A DNA stretch of 64,000 nt from positions 5,022,001 through 5,086,000 of the forward strand of contig CM052852.1 in assembly GCA_028534125.1 (NCBI GenBank), written 5' to 3'. Within the stretch, counting starts at the first letter, position 1. Each line of letters opens with the position of its first letter. Below, one piece after another: positions 1-14,060 of this stretch. The stretch comes from Lama glama (taxonomy: Eukaryota). The position numbers were made by a program, and so were the translations under genes. The notes beneath the pieces were generated by a model. That model made no database searches, was not told the DNA's origin, and worked only from the letters and a program-made list of their open reading frames with translations.

Positions 1-3000
1 CTGTTTGTTATTTTAATCTATAAATGGTTGATGGTTATTTGTCTTCTAATTTAGTCACAATAGCTCTTTCTTATTCTACAATTTAAATATTGAAATAGAA
101 GTTTAACTCACTCCTTATATTACACAATAGGCAGAGGGAAGGAGGACACATTTTGTTGATGTGCTGATATATCCGTATCAAAACAGGAAGGAAAATGCCT
201 CAACGTAATCCTCATTTCCACAACTGGTCCCATGGCTGTTGCTTTTCTAACTTTCTCCTTTTATTACTCATGGGGATCACCCACACCCAGAACACGCAAG
301 TGGAATCATCATTCATTCTGAACATCACGTTGGGATCTACCACTCGCTGGTCATTGTCCGGTGGCCCCCCTCTGTGCAGGAGTCCAGCCTAGGTCTCTCA
401 ACTCCTGTAGCCCCTAACAGAGCCCAAGGTCTCACTCACTTTAGTGACCCAATTCTTGGCAACTGCCTGGCTCAAGGGAGGCAAACAGATGAGAGCTGGG
501 CGTGCCAAGGAAGGGAGCAGAGCCCACATGTGCTGCCATGTTTCCATATTCACACACTCCTCCCACCTCCTGCCCTCATGTTTTAACCTTTAAATCTAGT
601 CCCTGATCATCCTGGTGGATACAGAATTTAACTTTGTCTTCAATTAATAGAACGTCTCTTTCTCTGTCTTCCTTACTCCCCCTCTGTCTCTCTCCCCCTC
701 CCTCTTCCTCTAAAATCTACTAGACTTTAAGAGGGAATATCTTCATTCAAATTACACCTAAAAGGCGGTATTAACTCTCTTTGATCTAAGCTGGGAAGCT
801 GAGTTGATTATAGGCTGGAGTTCATGGATTTAGATTCTGTATGAACACATTTTGTTTTGTACCAAGGAAAAGCCTATTTCAGGACTTCAAAGTCTAACTC
901 CCCTAGCCAGCCAGTTCTCAAATGTGTGCTGGTGGTCAAGGGCAAGGATAATATGTGTGATGGTTCAGTGCAAGCCCTAAGGTTTCCCTAAAAAACCAAT
1001 GGAGAAGACATCTCCTTAATGATAGATGTTTTAACGGGCAAAGGATAATGAGGTTTTTCTTTTTTAAAAAAGGGAAAAATGTTCAAAATGTTAATACCAT
1101 CTGAATAGCTTTGTGAATAAAAACCCCCATGATATCCAGGCTAGAATACCAGTTTCCAAATCCTCCCTCAATCTCTCTCTCTCCCTCCCCACATGCATAT
1201 ATATCCACACACACCTATGCACGTGAGCACACACACACATACATACACAATAATCAAGGAATTATATAAGATGAGTCAAAGTGGATTTCAACTAGTGTAA
1301 GAGAGTTAGTTCAAGGGTCAGAAGGACCTGGGTTCCAGTTTTGCTCTGTAATTATTTATGTTATTTTCTGCAATTTCCTTGTTATTTAACATCTCTAATC
1401 ATCAATTTCCTCATTGGTAAAATGTGGATAATTATAATTTTGTTAAGAAAATTATCTCCAACTTTGAATGAGGTGAAATGAGCTGTGGCATGACCTTTCA
1501 AAATCTCATTGGGGCACTAACCTGCCTATTAAAGAGTTACTTCATCATCTAGGGGATGTACTTGTGCCTGACTCCCTGTTTTTTATTTGACTAGAATTCA
1601 GATGCTCTGAAGTCACATGTTAATTCATAGATTTTTGTCCGGTGGTAAAGATAACCTCAAAGGTTGTGGTTTTGTCATCTTGGAAGACATTAACCAGTTT
1701 TGAATCTATCCTAGGAATATTATTCCAACACTTTTTTTCTCCCTCAAAATATCTATAAATACCAAGTTCTTCAAAATGCTCTTGGCATCAGCTTAACCTC
1801 CCTAGGGTTCCCATCATTAATGAGTTGAATACATTCTTGACATGCATTCACTCTATATTTGAGATTTGTATTTTTAGTTCTTTAAAAATTGTACTTTGAC
1901 AGTACCAATGTCGTGAAGTTCTTATGAGAATTAAATAAAATAATGCAAATAACATAATTAATAAGACTCTGATATACATTAAGCTGTTAATGAATGTTAG
2001 CTATTATTATTACCTAAAATAAAATGCAGTTTGATCCACAGCAAATAAAAAATGTAGCATACTCCAAATTATACCTAAAAATACCCATGCAGTTAAAACA
2101 AAAGACATAAAATAAAGAGAATATTCATTTAATATTGAGTGCCACCTTGATTTCCCTTGGGACCTTTGACTCCTCTAGAATCCAGCCCAGTGAATTAAGC
2201 TTTTGAATTAACAGCCATTTTCATGGATGATGTGGTATCTTATAATTATTGGGATCTATAACTGTATACAAATAAAGAATCTGTGCCATAAAGGGAAAGA
2301 TATTTCCTCATTTCACACAGCCAATAGTAGATAACAAAATTAAAATCAGGATTAAAGTAAAAATTACTATTTTTCCTCTCCATCCTGCTATGATATACTC
2401 AACTGTTATCAGTCATTCTGTTTCCTTCAATTTTAGTGTGTTATTCTCTGGATTTTCCCCCTAGAAGTTTTTAATAGCTACATCCTTTATATCTTCCTTC
2501 ATCTGATTTCAGTAACTGCTGAAAATAATGGTGTTTTTCCACACAAAAAAAAAATTTTGCCCTAAAAGAAACTAAAGGACAATAAACTAAGAAGCATGAC
2601 CAATTTCCCCAATTTTGATTTCCCCAACTATGATTTTGGTTGCTATTTATATTCAAATAACTTTCTCAGATTATAAATCCTCCATAAGAGAACTCAATTT
2701 TAGTTTTTAGATTTGTTTTTCCTGTTTGCTAAATCAGCTTTGGTTGGGAGAAATGAACTGAGTTGAGTACTTGAATAAATGTTGAAGCAACACTTCAGAA
2801 GTAGTACATAACCTTTCCATACTAATGTCTAAAGAATTAAAAAAGCATCTATACAAAGGAACACAAGTCCTGGGGCACAAAATTTCTACATACAAGTACA
2901 AGGGAACCAATGGAACTGGAATTTACTCTGCACCGTACACAAAAACCACAGAGAGCCTGGGTCATCAAATACTTTTTAAATACCTTCAAACACTGAAACA

Positions 3001-3394
3001 CAATGCAGAAACCTACTGCACTCATTTTGAAAAGCAAACAATGGAATATAGAGACTTAAATCAAGATTAAACATTCAGCTGTTGTTCAGTTTCAGTGAAC
3101 CAAAGAAGAGTAAGTTGAATTTGAAAGACAGCAAAGACGACAAATAACATATGTAGTACTGAAGGGGTCTTTGTATTTGCGGAGCTTACTCATGCGTCTA
3201 GACACGATCGGACATTATATATATACATACACCTATGTACATTTCAGATACGTACACATGTGCCTATGTGTGCTTATCTGTCTGTTTTATACATAATCAC
3301 ACAAACACACATTTCCTAGCCTTTGAAATGAGAGAACACCACTAAGCAAGTGGAGAAATCAGTTGAGGCAGCCCTCAATTCAAAATTACTCTAG

Positions 3395-3565
3395 TCCATT
3401 GCTACTCCAGTGTGGTCCCCAGATCAGCAGCGTCAGCATCACCTGGGAGCTTGTTAGAAATGCAGAATCTCAGGCTCCACCCCAGATCTCCTGAATTAGA
3501 ACCTAGATTTTAACCAGACTGCCTGGTGACTTGAATGTACAAATTAAGTTTGAGAAGCGCTGCCC
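3395..3565. mobile_element. MER5A-like hAT-Charlie MITE
   Basis: GTGTGGTCCCCAGATCAGCAGCGTCAGCATCACCTGGGAGCTTGTTAGAAATGCAGAATCTCAGG...TTTGAGAAGCGCTG. Confidence 0.8.
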
Positions 3566-3569
3566 TAGA

Positions 3570-4020
3570 TCTGTGCTACCCACTACCAAAGCGATTAGCC
3601 ACATGTCTACTCAATTGAAATGTGATCAGTGAGACTAAGAAACTACATTTTTTCTTTTCATTATTAAAATGTACATTTAAAAACTAATACTTGATTCAGT
3701 TACTGGAATACTTTTAAATATGTTTGCAACAACTCTGATATATGAATCTAAGTACAGATCAATTATTTCTGATGAAAATTAATTATCTGAATTGATAAAG
3801 TGCTCTAAGTGTGAAATATACACCAGATTTCAAAGACTTGGCATGAAAAAATATACGCAATTTATGTCATATTTTTACGATTATAGGTTAAAATAAAATT
3901 TCAGACACACTGAGTTCAATTTAGTATATTCTTAAAGTTCATGTGCTTCTCTTTCACTTTTTAAATTGCGACTACTAGAAAATGATGCTTCATGTATTAT
4001 TTCTATTGGTTGGTGCTGCT
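3570..4020. mobile_element. MER33/MER3-like hAT-Charlie element
   Basis: TAGCCACATGT...TTGAAATGTG start and GTGTGAAATATACACCAGATTTCAAAGACTT internal motif. Confidence 0.55.
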
Positions 4021-4572
4021 TTAGATCCATGGTTCTCAAACTATAAAATTACTGGTGCCTGGGTTCCAATCCCAGAGATTCTGATGAAATTGGTCTGGGG
4101 TAGACCTGGGCATGAAGATTTTTTAACTCTCCCTGGTGTTTCTATTGAGCTGTCAAGGCTGAGAACCATGGCCCCAGATTAAAATGGATTCATTAGTCAC
4201 AACTGATAAATAATACCATCGTAAGGATGTTCTAGCTTTTAAGATTCCCCAACATCCCTCAACTCAAATGTGGAATTGGAGAAGGGGTGCCAATTTCTTA
4301 TGGAGAGGCAAAAAGCGTCCCCACTGATGTTATCTGTGCCAGAGGCTGGGTGATACTATTCTACCTCAATTTCAGGCAGAATCCAACATACCAAAATAGA
4401 TGAAAATCGATGTTTCTCCGTGTCTCCAGAAACCCGTCCCCGATCCTGTTAACTATTCATTTCCATATCTGACGCAGTGGATCTCCAATGCTGTATATTT
4501 AGAATCATCTCTTGGACAGCTTGTTTAAAAGCAGATTGCTGGGCCCTAACGAGTCCCAGTAGCTCTGTGATC

Positions 4573-4688
4573 AGATGACAATCCTACCTGGATTGCCCGG
4601 ACTTTCCCGGTTTGGGTTTTACCCCAGAAAGTCCCACATCCTGGGAACTGCTCTGCTCTGGGCAAACCAGGCCAGGTAGTCACGCTAA
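4573..4688 (-). mobile_element. MER94-like hAT-Blackjack MITE nested in a MER5-like element (4475-4765)
   Basis: TTGCCCGGACTTTCCCGGTTT...GAAAGTCCCACATCCTGGGAA...GGGCAAACCAGG...GTCACGCTA. Confidence 0.6.
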
Positions 4689-5029
4689 CCCAGCGAAGTG
4701 CATTTTTAACGAGCAGGTCAAGTAACAATTGTGGACCCCAGGTGAGAATTGTTTGAGAACCACATCTAGAAACACAGGTTCTTGAATACTTTTTGGTGAT
4801 GTTCTTTCTGGATTAACCAACTGAACTAAGAAAGCAGCCACTCATGTTACAGAAATAGCTCAGCAAATAACTGACAGGGGAAATCTTCTAACTTAATTAA
4901 ATATACCAGTAAACTGTTTGAAACTGTATGCAAGAACACCTACAAAAAGCATCACCCCAGTAGCCTTGAAGAGAACTATTTCAATGGCAAGAATTCAGCG
5001 GACAGGGGCTGGGGAGGCAAAGGAAGAGT

Positions 5030-5160
5030 GTGGCATGAAGTCACAGCAACCCTGAGTTTGAGCATTGCTTCTGCCATTTCCTAGCTGTGTGATTTGGGGT
5101 AAGTTCCTTGACCTCTCTGTGCCTCAATGTTTTCATCCGTAACGATGAAATGAACAATTT
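5030..5160 (+). mobile_element. MIR SINE fragment
   Basis: CTAGCTGTGTGATTTGGGGTAAGTTCCTTGACCTCTCTGTGCCTCAATGTTTTCATCCGTAA core. Confidence 0.75.
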
Positions 5161-5219
5161 ATACCAACATAGAAGTTTAGCCACGAAAGTAAGAAATAAT
5201 GCAGTGCATCACACAGATC

Positions 5220-5605
5220 CCAGTGGAGAGACATTCTACAACATACCTGACCAGTCCTCAACAAAACTGTCACGGTCATCAAAACAAGGAAAGCCTGAGA
5301 AACTGTCACAGCCAAGAGAAGCCCCAGGAGGCAGGATGATCAACTGTAATGTGGCATCGGGATGGGATCCTGGAATAGGAAAAGGACATTAGGTGAAAAC
5401 TAACAAAATTCAAATAAAGAACGAATGTTTGTATTATTAATGTACCAGAATTGTTTTACTGCTTGTGACAAATGTACCAAAGTAAGGGACAACTTTAATA
5501 ACAGAGCAAACTGAGTGTGGAGTGTATGGGAACTCTCTGTATGTCTCTGCAACTCTTCTGTACATCTAAAACAATTCTCATTTTAAAAGTTTACTACAAA
5601 AAATG
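5220..5605 (+). mobile_element. Old L1 (L1MC-like) 3' UTR fragment
   Basis: GGGATCCTGGAATAGGAAAAGGACATTAG...GGGAACTCTCTGTA...CAACTCTTCTGTACATCTAAAA. Confidence 0.65.
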
Positions 5606-5708
5606 CCTAGCATAGTAGCAGCCAGGTCAGGAGTACACAGTTAACAATCATTACTACTATTATTGTGAACTGTGTATTATGGATGATACCAAAGAAAAGA
5701 ACAGTGTT

Positions 5709-5833
5709 TTTTGTTTAGTTTTGGGGAGGAGATAGATAGGTTTATTTATTTTTAGTGGAGGCACTGGAGATTTAACCCAGGACCTCGTGCATGCTAAGCA
5801 CACATTCTACCACTGGGCTATACCTTCCCCCTA
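5709..5833 (-). mobile_element. tRNA-derived SINE (camelid-type)
   Basis: Reverse of GGGGAAGGTATAGCCCAGTGGTAGAATGTGTGCTTAGCATGCACGAGGTCCTGGGTTAAATC plus AAATAAATAAACCTA tail. Confidence 0.85.
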
Positions 5834-6664
5834 CTAAGGACAGCATCTTGATTCAACATTTTCACGAGAAACTAGGAGCTTGAAAGCCTTGGAAGTTAGG
5901 CTTGAGGGGAAAAGAGAGGAGAAGGAAGATAAAGACGTTTATTTTGTCTATAGCCAGTCCCAGGCCTGTAACTTTTGTCCCATGACCCTGTTGGTTTTCT
6001 TCCTGATTTGTTCCGAGTCTGCAATGATTTTATTCACTCAACTGTTCTGGGCCCAACCTACCCCCTACCCCTCCACCTGTGGGCACACAGGCGCTGGGCT
6101 AGAACAGAAGCGTGGAGGTGCAGACCTTGTCTGCCTTCATCTCCTCCGTGTTCACCACACCGCACAGCAACCGACTTCAACATTATCTGTATTTACCACT
6201 GACCATCAAAGGGCAGAGGAAAAACACTGTTTGGACTAGAATCCTTCTCATACGTGTTTTCTCTTCCTAGACTCCTTGTAGCTCCCCTACCTCTCAATAA
6301 ATAAAAGCACGCAAGCAGTAAACACAAACCCTACCCCGCTGACCAAGGAACCTCGTTTGGTGGGGGAGGGGGCGGCCCCTACTTAGGTCCAGAGTCGCTG
6401 GTTTACATCTGCAAACATAGGCGACAGAGCTTACACAGAAATACTTGAATAACTGCTTGTATTATACTGTACCTCCTGCTTCCTATTTAACTTAAGCTTC
6501 ACAAAAATTTTGTAAGATAAGCGGGGCAGATGTTTTTACCTCCATTTGAGTGATGTAAAAATTTTTAAAAAGAAAAGGAAGGAAGGGAAGGAATAAGGAA
6601 GGAGAAAGGGAGAGAGGAAAGAAATTTAAGGTGACAGCCGCATGCATACACTTAATCTGTGGGT

Positions 6665-7085
6665 CACTGTACTCGTCCGGGGCCACCATTAAAGCATATC
6701 ACAGACGGGGGCGGGGGGGGGACGGGGGGGGCGGGCGGGGAGCGCTTGAACAACAAAAAATTCTCTTCTCACAGTTCTGGAGGCTGGAAGTCCCAGAGCA
6801 AGGGGCCATCAGAACTGGCGTCTGGTAAAAGCTCTCTTCCGGGCTTGCAGAAAGTCGCCTCCCTGCGTCCTCACATGGCGGAGAGAGAAAGCTCTGAAGT
6901 TTCTTCCTCTTCTTGCAAGGACGCCAGTCTTGCTGAATTAGCACTCCTCTCCTCTGACCTCACTTAACTTTAATTACCTCCTTAAAGAGCCTTCTCCAAA
7001 AACAGTCACACCTGAGGCTAGGGCGTCAACAGATGAATTTGGGGCGGGGCTGGGGGGAGGGGGGAGTGGTACACAAATCAGTCCC
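6665..7085 (-). mobile_element. MLT1A/B-like MaLR LTR
   Basis: TCTCACAGTTCTGGAGGCTGGAAGTCC...CTCACTTAACTTTAATTACCTCCTTAAAG...CAACAGATGAATTTGGGG. Confidence 0.75.
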
Positions 7086-7184
7086 TTAAAGGATGTTCTC
7101 TGACAAGAGGCAGAAGAGTGAACAGGATAACAGGGAGGAGAGAACACTTAAGAGAACAGAGAAGAACTAACAATGAGACTGGAG

Positions 7185-7535
7185 AGAGGTCAGCTAACTG
7201 TGGCCTGTGGGCCACATTCAAAGGCCACCCTTACTTTGTCAAAAATCTTTTACTGAATATGAAAAAGAATATGTATATAGATGTAAAACTGAATCACTAT
7301 GCTGTATACCAGAAACTACAACGTTGTAAATCAACTATTCTTCATAAAAAACAATAAATAAATACATACACGAACCTGTCATTGGCCACAGCCAGGCCCA
7401 ATCAGGCACATATTGCCCACAGCTGCCTCCTGCTCCGACGGCAGACTTGAGTAGTTTCTAGACAGAGACTGTGGCTCACAGAGGCCAAAATATTTACTCT
7501 CCTGCCCTTTACAGAAAAAGCATGCCAACTCCTGG
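7185..7535. mobile_element. MER58A-like MITE interrupted by a short L1 3' end (~7258-7370)
   Basis: MER58A halves (TGTGGCCTGTGGGCCA... and AAAATATTTACT..CCCTTTACAGAAAAAG) flank TGAATCACTATGCTGTATACCAGAAAC...TGTAAATCAACTAT plus A-rich tail. Confidence 0.7.
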
Positions 7536-10500
7536 GTTAGATCAATAGATGACTGTTGGTTTTATCCACAGGATGACTCCACAGCTTGGCTGATGAGGCA
7601 GGGGAGGCTCTGGCAGAAGGGACATTCCTAGCCCGCAGGGGGAGAGCTCGGGAGAAGAACTTGAACATTTGAGCAGAACACTGACAAGGGTGTCCTTTCC
7701 GGGCCACCCCGCCGCAGGGCCTGGGGCTTCTCTCTCAGACCTTGGAGTTGTGGGTGGATGTGAGTGCCTGTGGCCCGGGTAAGTCCTGCCTCAGCACCAT
7801 GGCTTTCGACAGCCCTCTGGGCCTCGCAGACTGTTGTCACTCAGGCCCAAATGCCCCACCGTCTCCATTCATAGCTTATCAGTGTTTGCTGAGAGCTATT
7901 TTAGGCGCTCAGTTTCTTGAAATTTTATTTTGTTTCAGTTTATGTTTTGCACCGGCCAGGGCATGTGTTTCATATGATTAGGATTTACATAGAAAGCAGA
8001 TCACTTACATTAAGGGAGCCTTGCAAATAATTATGCAGACCTTAAGGGGTTTCTAGGGATAATTTTGGGACTGTTAGTTCCAAATGCAATTGTTGGTCCT
8101 TTTCATTATTAGACAGTATGTTCCCTTTTCTTCTCTCATCGGATATTGAGTTCATGGTGCTTTCCTTATTGTACTGATTACAACTTGGGTTCCTTTATAC
8201 AGAGGCATTTGTCAATAGAAAACAGTTCTTAGATCCTCTTTGAATTAGTAGAGACATTCCCCAAATTATTTACTCAAGGATCCAGAACCTTTTCATTAGG
8301 CCTATGACAGAATTTAAGGAAGCAAAACTACAATTGGGATTAACTTCATTGCTGGCTAACGGATCTCCGACTATTATTGGGCTTATTGATCTTCCTGTCC
8401 ATACAGACAAACTATTTGCATGTAGATTCATGCCGCTTCAGTCTGTCCAGCATCAGTTTCTCTGAGGAACATCCTCTCTCCCATTTCATGTGGTCCTAGG
8501 TGGGCTATCAGTTACAACACTCTGGGCCCTCGCAAATCATATTACCCTCTTCTCCCTCTGGATGCAGTAATTGATCCAAGAGAAAGTATGTGACCTGATA
8601 GGAGCTAATTACCCAGAATGTTAAAGAAGTTGCCAGAGAGGCTGTCGCTCAGAAGGACACTGGGCTGAGAGAGGGAGGCAGAGGCCCCAGATCCAGCCCT
8701 TCCTGATGCCTCACTCACCCCTGGAATTCCTAGGGATGTAACCACTAAATTCCTTTTTCTTCTGCCTGACTAATTCAAGCTGGACTTCTAACTCAAAACC
8801 CCAAATGTCCTCATTGATATGACATACTTCCAGATTTTCTCAGTGTCCTTAGAAACATGCATCAGCAACTTCCAGAGGGCACAGGGCACTGAGCACTGGG
8901 ATCCATGGGTCCTCATCCCGGCTGTAATCTTAGAACTCACAGGCCATCCCTCTGCCAGGTTCCAGGGCTTTAGAAATGGAGAGCCTATGACATGTGTGAT
9001 GCAACACAATTTCTTGGATATATGTGTGCCTTATGCACAAAAGTGCATTCTGGACTTGTTTTCTTAAGTTCCACCTCTCCCTGTCATTTGGCCCTTCTTG
9101 GACTGGAAGCAGGACATCCTTGTGCTGGTGACACTAATGGTATCAACCTTGGGAAAGAAGTCCAAGTAGGATTAATGGCTGGACCCCAACATCGATAACA
9201 TTTGAAGAGTGGACTGGCCAGAGTCTGGTGCCAGCATTGGACCCCAATCCTACCAGTGGTCCTAAGCACCACAGAAATAATCAGGAAAGAGAAATAAAAC
9301 CCACAGTACACCACCAAGTGGTGGCAAAATTACCACTTCACTGAAGACACATTTTTTTCTCCTTTATTTTCCAGAAGATACCTTTCTAAACCCGTCTAAA
9401 CTCTGCCTCACTAGATTCTTTAACTGTCACCTGAAGTGTTAGCTATGACTCAGAGTTTCCTAAGATAAACTCTATAACCTCCCTCCTCCCCCAGGAAAGT
9501 CCCACCCACACCAGCCGAAACTCTGATCCAAGTGCCTGTGGGATGCCTTAAAGCCGTTTAAACTGTACACTGACATGTGTTTGCAGGTAATGATAAATAA
9601 GCACCCGTCTTTGTTGTCTCGTTTCTTTGCAGTTTAACTTGGCTCCCTCTGCCTCAGACTGATGGGAACTGGAGTCAGTTTCAAAGATGCACAAGGAAGG
9701 AAAGCTCTGTGTGTTAAAGGCGGTCCATTAAGGTGCTAATTCCATCTTTGGTAGGTTTTTCCCAGGACTGTGTTCCTTATCCAGGAATTTCCCTGAGCTT
9801 GGTGGTTCGCTAATCCAAATTCCAGCTTTGAAAAAATAAACCTGCCGAAGTGCTCGGCTGCCTCAGGGACTAGCAGGGCAGTTTCTGAACTTCCATCGCC
9901 CCCCAGTGGCAATTTCTTAAGTCTTTTTGCTAAGGATTTTCTTACCCAAAAAGATTTAGGTTATGATTCTTCCCTCCAAAGCTGTTAAAAATCTGTTTCT
10001 TAATTCTCACACTGAAGAGTATGAAATGTTTGTGTGGACGGTGTTAGTAATGTCGAGTTCATAGCTGCTGGGTCACAGGGTTGTAGGTTCATGCAACTGA
10101 CAAGAATCATGTAACTGACAGCTCTCACCAATCGGGGTGCCCTTTGCAAAAAATTCCTACCTATCTTAGCTGTAGAGTCCAATATTAAAGTGATTACCGC
10201 AAATGAGTTTTTTTTTTAATTTAGAGGATCTAGATCTGGATTTCTATTTTTTTGGTTCAATTAAATCACTGTCATTAACAATAATTTTTAAACTAATTGT
10301 TATCACTTTGTAAACTTTACCAAGATAAAATTTTTTGTAACATTGTCCAAGGAAATGAGAAAACATTTAAAGCCCCAAAATATGAAGGTTTATAAACTCT
10401 CTCTCTATATATATAAACTTGGCAAAAGCCAATGTCAAACCCACACCAAGTAAGTAGAAATATCACTGTTAGATTATCAAAACTTGTAGCAGATTAATAC

Positions 10501-12426
10501 ACAATTTGCAGAATCAAATGAATCAAAGTTTCAGTGATTTCAAACTTCAACCAGATGAAACTCAGAAATAGGTGATAGAGTTGTCCTGAGTCATCAGATA
10601 TAGAGAGTTTAATGATAGTGAAGAGCCTCAGTGGTCAGAAGGAACTGAGATACAACATTGGGATTCAGCCCCAACCTGTCCATCCACCTATCATCCCATC
10701 CCCTTATCCATTCACCCATCCACCCATCAGGCCATCCTCCCACTCATCCATTTAGAGAGGTTTAAAGAAAGGTATCGTGCGGAAAACAAAAGAGGAAAAA
10801 GTGTTACTTCACTGCAAGAATCATTCTGCAGCCCCTTGGTAGTGTGGGCTTCATTTCTCCTTCCTGATTACCTCCACTCATTCATCTCTACATTAGTATG
10901 TGCCAGATGGCTGTGTGAGGTACCGAGGAGAGAAGATGTGTAAGATGTAGTACCTGCTTTCATGGTTCTCAACGCAAAAGAGACTGAAGATTTTTCCTAT
11001 AGGGTCTCTATTCTGAGGTTTCAGTCTCAGAGAAGGTGGAAATAACCAGTACCAAACCACTAAATCCAAAAAAGACTCAGCAGGTAGCATCAAGTTGGCC
11101 TAGAGACCTAGGTGGCCTTGATTCCATGGGGAGTAGAGATGAGAATTCATCCAGCCACAGCCACTGAATGTTTTCTCTGAAAACCAAAACGTCGGCTATG
11201 CAGGATTCCAAAAACACAAACGATTTTGAGGGAGAAAGCAGGTATGCATATGAAACAGCCAAGGAACGTTTTCATAGCATAATAAACTCACAGATTCACG
11301 TTAAATAGAGTCAATGCTTTTTGGTGGCTGATAGAAAGTATTCCACCTCATTTTCTAGAAAAGGAGGAAGTGGAATTTAGGAAAGCAAGTCCAGACTGAA
11401 GAGGCTTATCTTCAACTCAAAAAAGGGAAAGTTCTTGCCTCCCTACCGATAACGGAGTTACTACTTTAGCTTATTTCTTCAGATCACGGTAAATTATTTT
11501 AGTTCACCACCTGCTATACTCCACCCCCACACCCCTTTTAAATTAGAAGCCAGGCTTGTAGTCCTTTAAATAATACTAACCCAGTGCTCACCTGCTACAC
11601 ACTAAGCCTTCCTGCCTCTCCTCAGTCCTGACCGGAGGTGTGTGTCCTTCACCTTACTGTACTCAGATCTTGACTCCTTTCCAGACAGAACATTTTCCTC
11701 TCCCTACGAGGTACTTTAAAGTAGTGCTTCTTAAACTATCTTTGGTGAAGGACTAGTTTTTTTTTTTAATTTCTCCTCACCTTTGGAGGCTACACTTCAT
11801 AAAATCTCTTTTCCTCAAGGATCCTAAATCCTGGTGGTCTGTGGCCTCATTATTCATGTCAAAGTATATCTTTTCTCTCCTTTTTCATGTCTAGCATAAT
11901 ATCTTGCACACAGTTGGTACTTAATAAGTCATTAAAAGCAAGGGAAGGGGGAGTAGTGGGGAGAGAAGGACAGAGGAGGGGAGACAGTGAGAGAGAAGAG
12001 CGAACAAGAAAGAAAGAAAGGAAAGGTAGGGAAAATAATTGTTTCACAAGGACTTGATACCTCTCAATAAACACCATCCAACAGTTAAATACTCACTTGT
12101 TCTTAACTAATGTCCTAAGCACACTTTTGAAGTTTGTTTTCAGTAATGAAACTTTAATCAAACAAATGTGATCTATTGGAGTTAATAATTTTTAACATGA
12201 CGGCTTTCATGTTTTCCTGGGGGACTTTGGGGGCCAGACTGAGCCATTCCCTGTTAAAATAGTAGCCCTCCCACACACACACAATTTTCAGGAACTCTTT
12301 AACAGATAGAACATTCTGAATTTTAACCCTTTTTCCACCACACAATTCTCATCTATATTGTCAAGTGTTCACAGAGAGCAAAGCATATGAACACACAACA
12401 ACATAGAATCAAAGGAAGTTCCCAGA

Positions 12427-13040
12427 GTTTATATCCAAAAAAACCAAAAACTCTAATTTGAAAAGATAATGCACCCCAATGTTCTTAGCAGCATAATTTA
12501 CAATAGCCAAGATACTGAAGNNNNNNNNNNNNNNNNNNNNNNNNNNNNNNNNNNNNNNNNNNNNNNNNNNNNNNNNNNNNNNNNNNNNNNNNNNNNNNNN
12601 NNNNNNNNNNNNNNNNNNNNNNNNNNNNNNNNNNNNNNNNNNNNNNNNNNNNNNNNNNNNNNNNNNNNNNNNNNNNNNNNNNNNNNNNNNNNNNNNNNNN
12701 NNNNNNNNNNNNNNNNNAAGAAAGAGAAATACTGTATGTTATCACTTATATGTGCAATTTTAAAAATACAACAAACTAGCAAATATAACATAAAAGAAGC
12801 AGACTCACTGATAAAGAGAACAAACTAGTGGTTACCAGTAGGGAGTGGAAGAGGGGCAACAGGGGTGGGGGTGGGGAGGCACTAACTCTTGGGTGTCAGA
12901 TAGGTTACAAGGATGTACTGTACAACACAGGGAATAGAGCCAATATTTTATAACAACTGTAAGTGGAAAGTAACCTTTAAAGTTGTATAACATAATTTTA
13001 AACATTTTTTATATTTGTTTCAGCAGTTGGAAAAAATAAA
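12427..13040 (+). mobile_element. 5'-truncated L1 with target-site duplication (contains N gap 12521-12717)
   Basis: L1 3' sequence flanked by TSD GAAGTTCCCAGA at 12415-12426 and 13041-13052. Confidence 0.85.
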
Positions 13041-13889
13041 GAAGTTCCCAGAAATGGAATTTCTTTTAAATATTTAACCACTAGTATAATATGCAATCAC
13101 TTGTTTCTATTTCACTTGATACAATAAAATATACATTTCATGTTGTTTCACAAGTAGTAGCACCTTTTCATTCTAGCAGTCACTTTTCAGTGTTAGAATT
13201 TCCAGCACCATAGCAGACTCACCTGAGGATAAATACACTTGGATAGGGGAGCCCGTGTAGGTGACCCTAAAACCACATCAGTGCAGCACATCCTTTCTCA
13301 CCTCCAGGCGCTCAGTGCTCAGCACTACAATACTGCAAAATGCAATGAAATAAAGTATGAGGCCACTATGAGCACTTATAGAGGAATTTTAAAAAATAAA
13401 TCAAGTATATTATTATCATTGATAAGTATGATTGAAATGATTTAAATAAAGCTAGAGGCGAATTATTTTACTATTGTAAATAGTAGAATAGTCATACTCA
13501 TCTCCCCTTCACTAAACATATTATAAAGCTGAATTAATACTGGGTAACTGACACTTTAGACAAATCCTTCTGCGTCCATGTGAGAGAAGAGAGAGAATCA
13601 ATTTTCCCCTCCCTATGAGGTATTTTAAAGTACTGCTTCTTGAACTATCTTTGGAGAAGGACTGTTTTTTTTTTAATTTCTAATCAATTGCTGACCGATA
13701 TTTTTGTAAAAACAAAAACAAATCACTAATGAAATAAAAAGCAAACATACGAAACGTTGTCAACTTTCTTTAGAATATCAGATTCATCAGATATAAAATT
13801 ACTCTTAAACTGCTACCAAAGTTTCTAAATGCTCATTCTCAATCTCTGTACTTCTTTCTATGGACAACACGCAGAGTCCTCCAGAGCCT

Positions 13890-14060
13890 TGCCATCCGAA
13901 GTGTGCTCCTTGGACCAAAAGCATTGGCATCACCTGGTTACTTGTGAGAACTACACATGCAGACTCTCAGGCCCCATCCAGACTTAGTGAATCAGAATAT
14001 GCATTTTAACAGTATCCCCAAGTGATACGTACACATATTAAAGTGTGAGACGCATTGGTC
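13890..14060. mobile_element. MER5A-like MITE
   Basis: GCATTGGCATCACCTGG...CTCAGGCCCCATCCAGACTTAGTGAATCAGAATATGCATTTTAACAG. Confidence 0.7.

Noticed and set aside
6707-6740. G-run tract with G-quadruplex potential
   Set aside because: Lies inside an MLT1 LTR; likely local slippage expansion with no functional context.
12469-12828. ORFs spanning N runs (also 22721-23315 and 31483-32145)
   Set aside because: Their length is an artefact of assembly gaps.
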